A stretch of 36,077 nucleotides of DNA, taken from the IMG/VR virus record IMGVR_UViG_3300036841_000225, positions 1 to 36,077 of that record. One strand, given 5' to 3'. Shown piece by piece: positions 33,900 to 36,077 of this stretch. The position numbers and the translations under genes were made by a program. The first letter of the stretch is position 1. Each line of letters begins with the position of its first letter. Below the pieces are notes generated by a model. That model worked only from the letters and a program-made list of their open reading frames with translations, was not told the DNA's origin and made no database searches. This DNA is from a virus (taxonomy: Duplodnaviria; Caudoviricetes).

Positions 33900-35414
33900 T
33901 TATTTTCTTGTTGGCTTCGCCGGTTCCGCTGTGCGTGAGGCATCGGATTCGTGATCGGCGTGCGGTGGCTTGGGTAGTTGCTGCCCAAAGGCTGAAACCG
34001 TCTGCGAGGAGAGGCCGGCGTTATACACAAAAGCGTCGGGCAGAAAGACCGCCAATGCCAGCCGCTCTTCGGCGCGGATGGTGACCAGGTTTCGAATGAA
34101 GTCGTCCTCGTTTTGATTCGCGACCTGGATATTCGCCGTCATGCGGTCGAAGATCTCGGCGCCGGTTGCGAAGTCACCGACCAGGGCGCTGCCCGGATTC
34201 ATCATCGGGTTCAGCACCACGCGCGTTCCCCACAGAGAAAGAGGCGTGGTCGCCTGCGGGCCGCCCAGAATATACATCCCCATGGCGTTTTTCATGAGCG
34301 CCATATTCCACCAGGCGGAGTTGCTGACGACGGCGGCTGTTGCGACGTAACGCCCGGCGGCGAGCTGCATCAGCATGCCGGCGAAATAGTCAATCGCGGT
34401 GGCGTTTGTCACTGCCGCATCAAAGGCGGCTTTGTCGAACGGAGTCGCCTGCGGCACGATGCCGTAGAGATGCCCGGCCGCGCCGTCGCCGTAGAGGATC
34501 TCGTAGTCTTCCTTGCGATCGATGCCGATAAGCAACCGGTTATTGATATCGCCGGCCAGCATGGGAGCATCATCGAGCATTTGGGTTGGGACCTTGATGT
34601 AGTGGGCGATTGTGACGACGGGCAATGCCATCACTTCATAGGCGAGCGTCGACAGCTTCTTTTTGTCGCCGTACTGGACCTGATAGTCGGCGGTGTAGGT
34701 CGAGTAATCATACGGCGCTTTCTCCCGCAAGTAGCGGATGGAGTCGCTCGAGGTGGGTGCGCTGGGAATAATCGAGCGCATCGTTGGTGTCCAATCGGGC
34801 GGGCGCTGGATACCGGGCACGAGCGTAGGCGCCACCGGAAACCACTGGCCGCTCGGAAAAAGTGACGGAACGGGTTGTGGGCCATAGGCGGGAGCGGCTT
34901 GCAGTGCCGGAGCCCCCGGCGCCCCGGAAGTCCCTGGCGTGATAGTGACTCCACCGCCAGCCGTGCCATCGGCTTTCACTCCGGGCGTAAACGGTACACC
35001 GATTTGGAAATGACCCTTGGCGAACTCCACACTGACCGGGCCTTGCTTGCCGCGCTTATGCCATTCCTTGAAGACCGAACTGTCCGTGAAGGCTTCCCCG
35101 TAGGTCTTCATTCCCTCAAAACCCGGAGCGCCGGGAATCGATTTCCGGTTCAAGCGCGTCGCAACCTCGTCAAGGTCCTTGCGCATCTGCTTGTTTTCGT
35201 CCTGCAGCGTCTTGAAGTCTTTTTCGCGAAAATCCTTATAGGCGTTGCCGATTTCCTCACCCTTCGCCTCGAGCTTGATGAGCTTCTCCTTTGTCTCCGG
35301 ATCGAGATAACCCTTGGCCTTGATCTCCTGCAGGGCCTGCTTGGTTTCCGTTAATTGGGTGGTGATTGATTGCTTGTGCTGATCGAGTAGTCGGGTCAGC
35401 TCACTGTAGTCCAT
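33900..35414 (-). CDS. HK97-fold major capsid protein
   Basis: Coiled-coil delta domain, VVTIAHY, ILYGDG, LWGTRVV and DFIRNLVTIRAEERLALAV. Start at ATG 35414 with a GGAGG RBS. Confidence 0.95.
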   Translation of the reverse strand: MDYSELTRLLDQHKQSITTQLTETKQALQEIKAKGYLDPETKEKLIKLEAKGEEIGNAYKDFREKDFKTLQDENKQMRKDLDEVATRLNRKSIPGAPGFEGMKTYGEAFTDSSVFKEWHKRGKQGPVSVEFAKGHFQIGVPFTPGVKADGTAGGGVTITPGTSGAPGAPALQAAPAYGPQPVPSLFPSGQWFPVAPTLVPGIQRPPDWTPTMRSIIPSAPTSSDSIRYLREKAPYDYSTYTADYQVQYGDKKKLSTLAYEVMALPVVTIAHYIKVPTQMLDDAPMLAGDINNRLLIGIDRKEDYEILYGDGAAGHLYGIVPQATPFDKAAFDAAVTNATAIDYFAGMLMQLAAGRYVATAAVVSNSAWWNMALMKNAMGMYILGGPQATTPLSLWGTRVVLNPMMNPGSALVGDFATGAEIFDRMTANIQVANQNEDDFIRNLVTIRAEERLALAVFLPDAFVYNAGLSSQTVSAFGQQLPKPPHADHESDASRTAEPAKPTRK

Positions 35415-36045
35415 AGATAGCCTCCATGCTGATGTCGAGTAAGTGCGCTTCAATTGCCTTCGCGATATCCGCCGGCACAGCGTCCCGCGTGTGCTTTTGA
35501 ATACCGCCATAGCCCTCGGCCAGTAGCGCTTTGGCCAAGGCAGTAGGAAGCCCCGCGTCCCGCAAGAAGCTTTCCCAATCCCGTATGGTTCTCAGATCTT
35601 TGGCAGAAAGAATCTGCGCCTGTTCGTTGGCCGGAAAGGTCACCGGCGAAATCTCATAGAGCTTGATGCCGAGCAGTTCCCGGACTCCGTCTTCGAGATA
35701 GGCATATTTGGTTGGGTCGTAGCCGATGGAAAGGCCCTTGACGATGCCTTCTTTGATGAGCAACAGTGCTTCCTGGGCGCGCTGCAGGGTCATGAGAAGC
35801 TCGCCCTCCATCAGAAGGCCGTTGGTGTTTTCCTGAAGCGATGTAGTCTTGCCGATCGGCTCGGCGGTGCGGTGTTGCCAGAGCATCGGCACCTGGCCGC
35901 CGGTCGCGGCAATCGTATCGAGAAAGGCACCCGGCCGCACGACATCCCCTTGCTCGTCGACATTGTTAAACGTCGAGGCATACCCGAGAATCTTTCCTTC
36001 GTCGGAGGTCTGTTTGATTTCAAACCAAAACGCTTTGTGCAGCAT
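35401..36045 (-). CDS. HK97-family prohead protease
   Basis: GYASTFNNVD..MLWQH..PIG..GLSIGY..LYEISPVTFPAN. Confidence 0.95.
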   Translation of the reverse strand: MLHKAFWFEIKQTSDEGKILGYASTFNNVDEQGDVVRPGAFLDTIAATGGQVPMLWQHRTAEPIGKTTSLQENTNGLLMEGELLMTLQRAQEALLLIKEGIVKGLSIGYDPTKYAYLEDGVRELLGIKLYEISPVTFPANEQAQILSAKDLRTIRDWESFLRDAGLPTALAKALLAEGYGGIQKHTRDAVPADIAKAIEAHLLDISMEAIYGLQ

Positions 36046-36077
36046 CGCGTGTTACTCCTTCGCCGGAAAGCGCTTTC
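35951..36077. repeat. Terminal direct repeat, copy 2
   Basis: Identical to 1-127. Confidence 0.95.

Overview
The window is a complete circular temperate siphophage genome of 35,950 bp. Bases 1-127 repeat exactly at 35951-36077, which is an assembly overlap. It has an HK97-type head module (TerS, TerL, portal, MuF/gp7-like protein, protease, capsid) and a non-contractile tail module with a 974-aa tape measure protein and a -1 frameshifted chaperone. It also carries recombination genes (PD-(D/E)XK nuclease, HNH endonuclease, SSAP), a tyrosine integrase with an attP matching the 3' part of tRNA-Leu(TAG), a Dam-like methylase, a DUF1376-like replication protein and a Panacea toxin-antitoxin pair. 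The standout is a + strand cassette (about 5890-10240) running opposite to its flanking genes. It holds a promoter, five small unknown genes, a 558-aa compact type V effector and a CRISPR array of 15 full 37-bp repeats plus one decayed repeat (15 spacers). The effector has Cas12m (V-M/V-U1)-like motifs but, unlike characterised Cas12m, an intact D-E-D RuvC triad. There are no cas1/cas2/cas4 genes and no evident tracrRNA. No endolysin is recognisable. Small-protein signatures suggest an Acidobacteriota host (inference). All family calls come from motif recognition by eye, not database searches.
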